Source: Eledone cirrhosa (lineage: Eukaryota). Taken from it: a stretch of 64,000 nt of DNA. Positions 50,957-61,471 of this stretch are shown piece after piece. The notes under the pieces are model-generated. The model was not told where the DNA came from, made no database searches, and saw only the letters and a list, made by a program, of their open reading frames with translations. The translations under genes and the position numbers were made by a program. Positions within the stretch are counted from its first letter, which is position 1; the number at the start of each line of letters is the position of its first letter. Location of the stretch: assembly GCA_964016885.1 (NCBI GenBank), contig OZ024741.1:161572001-161636000 (forward strand), given 5' to 3'.

Positions 50957-51205
50957 TTCAAGAGTAACCAATCTTAAAGAGAGAGATTGAGATAGTAGAG
51001 GAGATATGAGAGGAAAGATTGGTGAGTTAGTTAGAAGCCAAAGCGTAAAGGCATGTGCTCAATGTGCAATATGCAGTAGAAAGCAGCTAGGTGGCTGGGT
51101 TCATGCAGAGGTTAGGTGCGCAGAGCTGGAAATATTCATTAGTTAAGCAAAACAAGACCACAAATTTCACAAGGAAGACATTATTAAAAGATTGTCAACT
51201 TATTT

Positions 51206-51472
51206 AGTTTCCTTGAGCAAGACACTTTATTTCACATTGCTCCAGTTTACTCAGCTGTAGAAATGAGATGATAGGGACTGGGGTCCATATCATTCCACTG
51301 TAAAGTGGACGTGGAGGTGCTACGGAAAAAAGCACCCAGCACTCACTGTAAATGAGGTTGGTGTTAGGAAGGGCATCCAGCTGTAGCAATCAAGCCAGAA
51401 TCAGTTCCTGTCCCACCCTTGCAAGCAGGGAAAAAGCGGACAATGCTCTAACCACTAAGCCATGTGCCTCCA
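51206..51472 (+). mobile_element. Headless CORE-like SINE followed by an inverted head fragment
   Basis: Body 51206-51441; 51441-51472 is the reverse complement of the SINE's first ~32 nt. Confidence 0.8.
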
Positions 51473-51724
51473 TTATATGTGTATATATACACACACATAT
51501 ATAAATATATACACACACACATATATATATATATATATATCATCATCATCATCATCACCGTTTCACGTCCATTCTTCCACGGGAGCATGGGTTAGACGGG
51601 TTGTTCTGTTGTGGGCAGTGTCCAGTCGGCTGACCTTGTCTTGCTTATACGGGAACTGGTTCTGGCTTGATTTATACAGCTGGATGCCCTTCCTAACACA
51701 CACACATATATATGTATATATATA

Positions 51725-53029
51725 CAGGGTGTGGACGATATTTGTTCGCAATTTTCAACTGCTAATTTTATGCAAATTTTTTTTACTTCCGTTGTCACTC
51801 TTGTCTTCATAAAAACAGGACTATATTTCCATTATTTATTTTCAGAATAATTGATTATGAATAATTTTGAACCTCCAAATTTGTGGAAGAGACACGGAGT
51901 TCTTCTTGGAATCCGCGCCGGGAGGACAAATAAGGAAATTTCAGACTTTCTCAGCATCAGCAGGAGAATGGTGGAAAAGGTGAGAAAGGAATTGGAAGAT
52001 TCAGGATTCGACTACGAAGCAACATCAGAGAGGAAAACACATGATCGACGCTCTGACGGCTTCAGAACGCCCGAATTCGTCGCTTAAGTTCAAGATATCA
52101 TCAACAATGAACCTAGCAAGTCGATGCGTGCCATTGCAAGGGAGAAAGGCGTGGATGCAAAGCTCATTAAGCTGGGGGTACATGAAGACATTCGCTATGT
52201 TTCATACAAGATGAGCAAAGGACAATTTCTGTCAAAGGCGATGAAAGAAAAGCGAGTGAAGCACGCAAAGAAGCTGATCAACAAGTTGAAACACCCACTG
52301 GAGCCAGACATGTGGTTTTTCTCCGACGAGAAAAACTTCTGCCAAGACCAGAAGATCAACTCCCAGAACAACAGGTGGCTCGCTGTCTCATTGAAGGACG
52401 TGCCCAGAGTCATGCAGACAAAGTTTCCAGCGACAACATTGGTCTTAGGTGTCGTCAGCAGTCAAGGTAACGTCATGCCACCTTACTTCTTCCCTCCCTT
52501 AGGGCCTCAAGCTGAACACCGATGGTTACATCCACTTTCTGAGCGAGGTAGTAAAACCCTAGATCGACCAGGTAGCTGCAGGTAGGCCGTACGTATGGTA
52601 GCAAGACTCAGCGCCCTGCCATATCAACCGAAAGACCCAAGCCTGGCTGTCAGAGAACTTCGTCAACCACACTTCACCTGATGACATCTGGCCTCCCAGC
52701 TCGCTTGACTGCAACCCCTCGACTTCTGTGTGTGGGGCGCAGTGGAATGAGACACTAACAGATCTAGCTGCAATACGAGGGACGATCTGAAGGCCAGGAT
52801 CACAAGTGCCTTTAGGGGCCTAAGTTGGGGGACAGTGATGAAGGCCTGTAGCCGATTCCAACCCGCCTTGAGGCCGTCACCAAAGCCAATGGCGGGTTTA
52901 TCGAGTGAGATCGAAAGAACAAGTCATGAAAACAAACTGACCCAAGTTTGATAAATATATCTTAAAAAATAAAACTACTGTGTTATTTTTTCCTAGACAG
53001 TAATCTTGCGAACAAATATCGTCCGCACC

Positions 53030-53032
<3 letters not shown>
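51725..53032 (+). mobile_element. Full-length DD37D (maT) mariner-like transposon, disabled transposase
   Basis: 27-bp TIRs cagggtg(t/c)ggacgatatttgttcgcaa, TA flanks, 1308 bp; FFSDEKNF, QDSAPCH, DCNP(L)D with D-37-D spacing once the extra Asp codon (absent in the 25455 copy) is discounted; stops and frameshifts. Confidence 0.92.
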
Positions 53033-53066
<34 letters not shown>

Positions 53067-53069
53067 ATT

Positions 53070-53417
53070 TCATCATCATCATCATCATTTCATTTTACGT
53101 CCGCTTTTTCCCTGCTTGCAAGGGTGGGACGGGAACTGATTCTGGCTTGATTTCTACAGCTGGATGCCCTTCCTAGCACCAACCTCATTTACAGTGAGTG
53201 CTGGGTGCTTTTTTGCCGTGGCACCTCCACGACCACTTTGCAGTGGAATGATATGGACCCCAGTCCCTATCATCTCATTTCTACAGCTGAGTAAACTGGA
53301 GCAATGTGAAATAAAGTGTCTTGCTCAAGGAAACAACACATCACCCGGTCTAAGAATTGAACTCACAACCTTTCGATTGCAAGGTCAATGATCTAACCAC
53401 TAAGCCATGTGCCTCCA
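53070..53417 (-). mobile_element. Full-length CORE-like SINE with RTE-B tail
   Basis: Reverse complement of 8965-9308. Confidence 0.88.
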
Positions 53418-53427
53418 TATATATATA

Positions 53428-53691
53428 TATCAAATTACAAATTATGAGGAAATAAAGACAAAAATATACCTAATTTTTCTTCAAAGTCCTGACTGCAGTT
53501 TCGCCAATCCATGTGCAACTTACCGCATTATAAAAATGTACCGTTGTTGTGAGACTAATACGGTTTATCAAGGACTTGATGCATTTGTAGCAAGCACACA
53601 GATACACAGATCAGCATAACTGCAGTCAGGGCTTTGAAGAAAAATTAGGTATATTTTTGTCTATTATTTCCTCATATTTTGTAATTTGATA
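53428..53691. repeat. Inverted repeat, ~72-bp arms, ~118-bp spacer
   Basis: tatcaaattacaaa...ctgactgcagtt / aactgcagtcag...tttgtaatttgata. Confidence 0.85.
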
Positions 53692-54367
53692 AATAGCTCT
53701 GCTTATTGAGTTATTTTAACTCTTTCAGTCATCGATCAAAACTTGTTAAAGCAGACACCACACACACATATACATATGAATATGTGTGTGTATTTCATTA
53801 TTATATATAATAAGGTGGTGCTATTAAGTTAGACATGGCCTGGACCAATACTGGCTGAAACCTATCAAAGTTATTAAAGTTGTTATTATTGCTGGAGAAT
53901 GAACACGCGATAGGGACGCAATGTCTGCTACTACAGTAGTAATTTACTGCTACACTTCACACCGTTTAAGGCACAGAACGAAAACATGTTGATAACGTGA
54001 GTCCCTGTTTCGCTCTACAATTACCAAAAACTTGCATATTGCGCAAGTTGGATTGTTGATTTTGGATTCATATAAACCAATCGAGGATATTATATAATAT
54101 CCTACGATATGATCCAGGTTTGTTATTTAACCTGATTGTTTTTTCGTTGTTGTGGTGGCTTCTGTGGCTTTGTCCCCTTAACCACAGTTTTCAATTTGTC
54201 ATACTATCTAACATATGTTTATGACTCTAAGATGTAACCTATCGATTTAGCGATATATTCTTATTGAGTGCTTTGTGCAAATCCAAATTTTGTTCTATCG
54301 CGGATGTTGGCCGACCGCCACAGCTTCGATTTTACTAAACTTCCAATCGTGTATATATATATTTATA

Positions 54368-55067
54368 TCGACTGACAGGAAGGTATACGGTGCTGATGAC
54401 AGTTAATAAGCTAGAAACTAGTTCATCGTTCCTTTGTCAGTGTTGAACAAAAGGGCAATGATGGTTGCCAAACACTGTACGGCTTAATTCGGGCTGTTTG
54501 TTTACAAACAAACCTAACATTATAATAAATGTTCAGTAAACCCATACGTACATATATATGTGTGTGCATGTATGTATGTATATACATACTACTGTACGTC
54601 TGTGTACATATATGTATGAACGTATACATACTTATATTTAAGTATCAGCCGTACTTAGAGTGAGAAATGAAATTTCATTTTTCCCATTTATCGTTTCCGG
54701 TATGCCTAGCAGACTAACTCACTCGATATGCACATTAGGCTGCTCAGCCGTTAATATGCATAAGGAAAGTATATACTTTCAAACGTTCAATCGACTGACA
54801 GGAAGGTATACGGTGCTGAACAAAAGGGCAACGATGGTTGCCGAACACTGTACAACTTAATTCGTGCTGTTTGTTTACAAACAAACCGAACATTATAATA
54901 AATGTTCGGTAAACCCATACTTACATATATATATATGTGTGTGCATGTATGTATGTATATACATACTACTGTACGTCTGTATACATATATGTATGTACGT
55001 ATACATACTTATATTTAAGTATCAGCCGTACTAAGGGTGAGAATTGAAATTTCATTTTTTCCATTTA
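54368..55067 (+). mobile_element. Family H2 hammerhead-bearing partial tandem (~423-bp unit); fragment also at 49936-50130
   Basis: Unit restarts at 54791 (tcgactgacaggaagg); TA-flanked; no credible ORF. Confidence 0.75.
54371..54441 (+). ncRNA. Type I hammerhead with extended stem I (family H2)
   Basis: actgacag..agg..acggtg CTGATGA c agtt aata agct a GAAA c ta g TT catcgt t cct ttgtcagt. Confidence 0.75.
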
Positions 55068-55081
55068 TATATATATATATT

Positions 55082-55113
<32 letters not shown>

Positions 55114-55399
55114 GTAATAATAATAAAATTAAAGACTAAAATCCAAAGAGGGCTCGATAAGGAAAATATATATCAAATATATAAGAACCGCAGAGCAAAT
55201 ATTTATTAAAATAACAGATTAAAGTTTGAGCAAAGAATCGCTGCTTTCACCCTTAACGGGATCTGCTTAAACTTTAATCTGTTATTTTAATAAATATATA
55301 TTTATATATATATGGAAAGTTATATTTAAATTGTTGGGTTACAACTAGTAAATATTTATAACTGATATAAAAGCACTCGACAAATATTTGGAGTATATT

Positions 55400-55767
55400 T
55401 ACAATATTAAATAAATGGAAACTATATTTATAAAACCATATTTATTTCATTATATATATTTCAGGGATATCATATTAACAATATGCTATGCCTTCCTCAG
55501 ACAAAATACAATATAAACAGTTTTATAGATAAATAGATTCGACATACCGTAACATCTACTTGCATTTGAGAAGGTTGATTTACTACCAAATCAACCTTCT
55601 CAAATGCAAGTAGATGTTACGGTATGTCGAATCTATTTATCTATAAAACTGTTTATATTGTATTTTGTCTGAGGAAGGCATAGCATATTGTTAATATGAT
55701 ATCCCTGAAATATATATAATGAAATAAATATGGTTTTATAAATATAGTTTCCATTTATTTAATATTG

Positions 55768-55769
<2 letters not shown>
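55400..55769. repeat. Palindrome with 182-bp arms and 6-nt loop (family H3)
   Basis: 55400-55581 / 55588-55769 read as exact reverse complements by eye; CTGAGGA 55669-55675 ... GAAA 55707. Confidence 0.93.
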
Positions 55770-55822
<53 letters not shown>

Positions 55823-55828
<6 letters not shown>

Positions 55829-56405
55829 GCAATAACTCTAACAGCTTTGTATATGAAATACATGAAGTTGTATAAATGGTGACATACGGTATGTCTAAAC
55901 ATTTAGAACTATGGATTTGAAAACTGATAGTACTTTTGACCACTTATCGTTGGAAATTAATATAAGCTAAAACATAGTTTAAAAGCCTATTTACATTGAC
56001 TGATCAGCCAAATTTGCATATAGAATAACGAGCACCAGTTTCATAACGATCAAAAGTCAGAAATGATGACGTCGACACTGGTTGCCCATACTTAACTTCT
56101 GTTGGAACACGTGTTATGCTATCAGTTTTCAAATCCATAGCTGACGGCTTTCTAAATGTTTATTTATAAACATACCATGTCGCCAAATATAAAACTTCAC
56201 GTATTTCATATACAAAGCTATGTTAGAGTTATTGCCCTTATTTTATCCCCGGCAGAGCCAGCCATTACTCTATATGCAAATTTGGCTGATCAGTCAATGT
56301 AAATAGGCTTCTAAACAATATGTTTTAGGCTATATTAATTTCCAGCAGTAATCAGCCGGGAGCACCAGTTTGACAACGACCAAAAGTCAGAAATGATGAT
56401 GTCAT
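55823..56405. repeat. Interleaved inverted and direct repeat complex
   Basis: A 55823-55930 / A' 56119-56241 inverted; B ~55950-56028 / B' 56265-56344 inverted; C ~56030-56073 / 56360-56403 direct. Confidence 0.8.
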
Positions 56406-56681
56406 CATCACTAGTTGCCTAAGAGAAGGGCCTCAACAGGTTAGAGTTAGGCCCAAGACACATGTATCCTTAATGTAATTCTCACAGAGATTCAGCATGA
56501 TGCAGTGTGTGTCAAGGCTGGCCCTTTGAATTGCAGATACAGTCCATCTTGTATTGTAGAGCAAATGACTGAGTATTCCACACACATGTACCCTTAATCT
56601 AATTCTAAGAGTGATTCAGTAAGACATAGTGAGCAACAAGGCTGTCCCTTTGAATTACAGGTACAGTTAATCTTATGAAGT

Positions 56682-56960
56682 GAAGGAGTATGGCCTAGTG
56701 GTTAGGATATTGGGCTTATGATCATGTTATGGGTTCAATTCCTAGACTGGGTTGTGTGTTGTGTTCTTGCGCAAAACACTTCATTTCACATTGCTCCACT
56801 ATACTCAACTGAAAATGAGTACCAGCAATAGCTGTGGTTTACCTTGCAATGGACTGGCGTCCAGTCTGAGGGAGGGTTTGATACTCTCAGTTGCTTAACG
56901 CCAAGGAAGCCGGGATAAGTACCAACCTAATGAGTCTCTGAGCTTGAGACAGACTTAGAC
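56682..56960 (+). mobile_element. Older tRNA SINE with CORE-like and V-like domains
   Basis: A box tggcctagtgg, B box ggttcaattcc, CORE-like segment, then gcaatggactggcgtccagtc...gccgggataag; nested in an older SINE. Confidence 0.65.
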
Positions 56961-57129
56961 TATCTGATGGGCTTCCATTACACCATTTCTGTCTACTGAA
57001 TTTCACTCACAAAGCTTGGGTCGATCTGACGCTATGAAAAATAACACTCATTCAATGGGATTGAACCTAGGTTTTGAAATAAACATGTTAAACCATTTGG
57101 TCATGCTGTGTCCAGATATCATCAACATC

Positions 57130-57530
57130 ATTTTATATCTGCTTTGCCATGCTTACATGGTCGCACAAGTCTTTATCAGCACAGCGTCTCTCCACTCGTT
57201 GCGAGCATCAGTAATTTAAGATAAGCTCTCACTACCTCCACCTAGATCTTCCTTGGACATCTTCTATTGCAGTTTCCTGCCACTTTGGCACCTATTCACC
57301 CAGCAATCATCATCCATATGCATCACATGTCCATTCCGGTACAGTCTTTTCTCTCACACAATACATTTGATTCCTCTTCTACCCAATTTTTCTCTCAGTC
57401 CATTGATGCTTCGTTGTTTATGTACATTAACGTTGCCCATTGATCAAAGCATATCACTTTATATCTCTCCAGCCTTTGCATATCATCTGCATTCACTCTC
57501 CATATTTCACTACTATGCAATATTGCACAT
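57130..57530 (-). mobile_element. Old RTE 3' fragment
   Basis: Degenerate similarity to the RTE-B C-terminus (catccatatgcatcacatgtcc). Confidence 0.6.
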
Positions 57531-57560
57531 CATAGAAAATATTAAACTAGCGCAGTATAC

Positions 57561-57732
57561 CTGTCATAGTGGAAATTCCAAGGAAAACAGAAAGGTTTCG
57601 TCCAGCAACTAGCTCAAACTCAAATTGTGAACATTCATGGTGGCGTCGAGTGAATTTCACTAACATAAGGCCTGTAATGAAGACAAAAGCATATGCCAGG
57701 ACTACAACTACCACTGCCACAATGTCAACCAT
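57561..57732 (-). CDS. SLC5A7: High-affinity choline transporter-like (SLC5 family), coding exon 1
   Basis: ATG at 57732; MVDIVAVVVVVLAYAFVFITGL...VAGRNLSVFLGISTMT aligns with the CHT1 N-terminus (VGGRDIGLLVGGFTMT). GT donor at 57560 (phase 1); upstream acceptor ctttccag at 57761-57762. Confidence 0.85.
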
Positions 57733-58577
57733 AATCACAGAAGTGTAGATTCAATTTCAGCTGGAAAGAGACAAAATTAGAGAATCATGCAATAAGTAAC
57801 AAATAAATAAAGAAGGGGAGAGCTGACAATGTCATTTTAACACTGTTGTAGTCCCCCTGGCAATGGGAGCTATTGTCGTCATCATTGGAATTATAAATAG
57901 TCAAACAAGATACTTTCTTGTATCTGATCCGACTCTGAGCATTATGCATTCTACTTCTGCCTCTTTCTGCTAGGAGTTGCAGCTGGCAGATATTATCAGC
58001 AATGGAAAGATCAATGGAAAAACTGTTTCCTTGATCTGATCTGAATATCACTCCTTTCTTTCACTGTAAAATACTGAGGTCCTCAAACACCACTGTAAAA
58101 CATTGGGGTCCTCAAACACAACCACTACTTTTCTAACAATTCATTGTGTCTTCATGCTCTGAATAAGGTTGGTGAACCTTGAATTCTCTTCAAACCTGAT
58201 TTACTGTTGGGGTTGATTCCCCTGGCGTTTGCCTCTAAACAGGTAGTGATGGTATATTCTCAAAGTTGATCATCTCCTAGTCTAGTTGCCGAGACCAAAC
58301 CACCCACTCAGTTATACTGCATTAGTGTCCTGCGTACTGTTAGACCACTGAGAGTAAAACACTCTTTAGCTTCTGTTAAAGTATGTCTCTCAGTGTATTG
58401 GAATAACATTTCAAAGAGACTGTGAGTAAACAGTACATTCAGTTTTGAGATAATGTTTCTTTAAATCCTGGATAACAGTATGTCTAGTATTGAAATAATG
58501 TTTCTTTAACATGATATTGCATGGTCATCCTCATTTAATGTCCATTTTCCTACAGAACTATAAATATCAAAGACAAA

Positions 58578-58770
58578 TAATTGTTTCTATTTTTGGCACA
58601 AGGCCAGTAATTTGAAGAGAAAAGGAAAGTCAATTAAATCTACCCCAGTGCTTTACCGTCACTTTATTTTAACAACTCCAGAATGATGAAAGGCACAGAT
58701 GATCTTGGCCGAATTTGAATTCAATTTGCCAGAATAAATACTGCAAAGCATTCTATCCAACATTCTAAAT
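58578..58770 (-). mobile_element. Old Meta-like SINE
   Basis: tgtttctatttttggcacaaggccag...gatgaaaggca...atttgaattc. Confidence 0.65.
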
Positions 58771-59256
58771 AGAAATTACCTTCCAACACAAATTTTTCTT
58801 AGTAAAGTTTAGAAAACTTCATTAAACTATTTGAAACAATTTTTTCTTTAAAAATTAAAAACCCTACATGACGTATAAATCTTAATACCAAAGTTACTAA
58901 CAACTACCCTTAAAGAACTGATAACACTATGTGTGTGTGTGTGTACATATACACAAGTCATGTGTATCTGATTTAAAATAGGTACACCATATCTATATGT
59001 TGTAAGAAACAATTAGAAAGGTTAGTGCCAGGAAAGGCATCTGGCTATAAAACACTGCCTTAAAACATTCCATTCAACCTATGTCATGTCACCAACATGA
59101 GTACCTTTCAAGGTGAACAAGGGGCTTTTGTTGTGTCAAAAGTATGACCACTTCACAGGGTGGACTGAGCGCTTTTAGCCATTTCAACAGCATTGTGGGA
59201 CATGTTCAGCTTTCCATGCTTGTATACATAGGTTGGTCAAGAAAAGTACATCAGAT

Positions 59257-59624
59257 GTGGAAAGTGGGGGTGAGTTACATGTGTAGCGACTAGCGCCACC
59301 TTGCCCGGGGAGAAAAAACTAATTGGAGTTACTTCCCCGTGGCCAGTATATAAGGGAGTGTTCTGATGTCACTCGACCTCTCTTGCTCACTCACTCTCTT
59401 TTTGGCTGCACCTCTCAAACTGGTCACATCGAGCGCAAGCATGCTAACCTTTTTCAACCATATCTTATAATTCAGGATTATTCCTTGTCATGCCACGAGG
59501 CACATTTGTTTACCACAAATGTAATTCACGGACTACAATAAACGCAAGTTATTTTGATACTCATTTTGAGAAACTGATTATGCTTCAATTATTACTTCAG
59601 ATGTATTGAGAGATAATTCTCACA
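59257..59624 (+). mobile_element. Possible solo LTR
   Basis: TATATAA at ~59347, CT-rich tract, AATAAA ~59537, ends TCACA; no TSD found and 5' end uncertain. Confidence 0.35.
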
Positions 59625-59864
59625 CGGCAGGAAATTGTATGAAAATTCTCGTATCTCTTATTTCTATTAAATTTAGTAGTTGGGTTCCGGTGGTACTTAC
59701 TGGAGTAAGTAACCCTGGGACCAACTCACTAAACATGTATGTAGGGTGGGGATTGGAGGTGTAGGTTTAGGGTGGGTACTTAGCTGGTAAAGGGTAGAGT
59801 GTTAGGACATGGGAGGTGTATGGAAGAGAGAGGGGGAGAAATGCTGTATACTAGAGACCACTAC

Positions 59865-60170
59865 TAGTTGCTACATCCCGTGCACAAGGAAAGATGGGTC
59901 TTCTGCAGTACTGCATATTGCCAGAAATCTCGATCCTGTGGAATCACCTTTGAGAGGTGCATTTGTGTAAGGTCAAATTTTATCACCTCATCCCAAGCTT
60001 TCCTGGGTCTTCCTCTTCCATAGCTTCCATCAACTTTGAGCACCTTGCACTTTTTTATACAACTGTCATCCTTGATATGCATCACACGTTCATACCACTG
60101 CAACCTCCTCTCCTGCACACTGCATTTGATCCCTTTTATGCTCAGTTTCCCTCTTAGTCCGTCTCTCGTT
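59865..60170 (-). mobile_element. Old RTE 3' fragment
   Basis: LRGKLSIKGI...ERRLQWY...GRGRPRKAW in ORF 59864-60226. Confidence 0.8.
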
Positions 60171-60228
60171 GGGTTGTGCTGCAGGTTTAAGGCAGCTGTA
60201 CTTGCAGAGTGTATATAAAGTGACAATA

Positions 60229-60810
60229 AGAATTTACATGGGTGGTCCCATCAAAGCTATTGACATATGTTCATTTTATATACATTATTGGTGGGTGGAT
60301 GGGAGTGGGTAGATGGTGAATAGTGGTTTTCAATGTGACAGAGGTGGTGAATTGTAAAGAGTTGTAAAGAATTGTAATTTGGGATGGGCATAGAATTTTC
60401 TTTAGATGAAATTATAAATATCAAAATTGGATTCCTTTTCATTCTTCCCAATTTTGATATTTATAATTTCATCTAAAGAAAATTCTATGCCCATCCCAAA
60501 TTACGATTCTTTACAACTCTTTACAATTCATCACCTGTCACATTGAAAACAATTATTCACCATCTACTTTACGGTCTGAGTTCAAATCCCGTCAAGGTTA
60601 ACTTTGCCTTTCATCCTTACGGGGGTCGATAAAATAAAGTACCAGTAATGTACTGGGTATTTGCTGGCCTTGTGCCAAAAGTAGAAACAACTATTCACCA
60701 TCTACCCACTCCCATCGCCCACACACCCACCATATCCCAATAACATGTATATATATAACGAACACAGGACATATGTCAACAGTTTGGATGGGACCACCCA
60801 TATAAATTCT
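60229..60810. mobile_element. Foldback element with a Meta-like SINE (60568-60691) in the right arm
   Basis: Arms 60229-60430 / 60448-60810; SINE flanked by TSD tattcaccatctac (60554-60567, 60692-60705). Confidence 0.85.
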
Positions 60811-61015
60811 CATATCTGAAGTGTTGATTAAGAGTCGAGATCCGATCACATGATCAAACCCGAGCTGATCGATATGGAAACAATTTGTAATATGTAATAA
60901 AGTTTACAAAAAGCTGCAATTCTTATTGTCACTATATATATATGCATATATGGGTGTATGTATATATATATGTGTGTGTGTGTGTGTGTTTCTATATGTA
61001 TGTTTGTATATATAT

Positions 61016-61471
61016 CGAGAGAAACGAAGCTTGCATGCTCCACAGGATGTGTAATAGTAATATACGTGAACGGCAAAGCATAAACGAACTAAGGGAGAAA
61101 TTAGGAATAAGAGGGATCAGATGTTGTTTACTCGAGAGAAGGCTACGTTGGTATGGTCACGTGATGCGCATTAAAGACGACAGCTGTATAAAAAAGTGCA
61201 GGGCTATAAAAATAGACGGTAGCCACAGAGTAGGCAGACCCAGAAAAGCCTGGGACGACTTGATAAATTCTGACCTCACACACTTACACCTCTCCAAGAC
61301 AATGTCACTGGACCGAGACCTTTGGCACTACACAGTCATACAGAAGAACCGCCTTGCCTAAGTACAAAGCGAAACCTACAGTCAGTAGGCACCTCTAACA
61401 AAATACACCCCCCGTCCCACTACCTCCACCCCATCCACACCACCCCCTTAAATGTGAAGTTATGTTGGTAC
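61016..61471 (+). mobile_element. RTE-A 3' fragment interrupted in its 3' UTR by the Gypsy element
   Basis: ERNEACML...QKNRLA*; UTR breaks at gttggtac|tgtgg. Confidence 0.9.
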
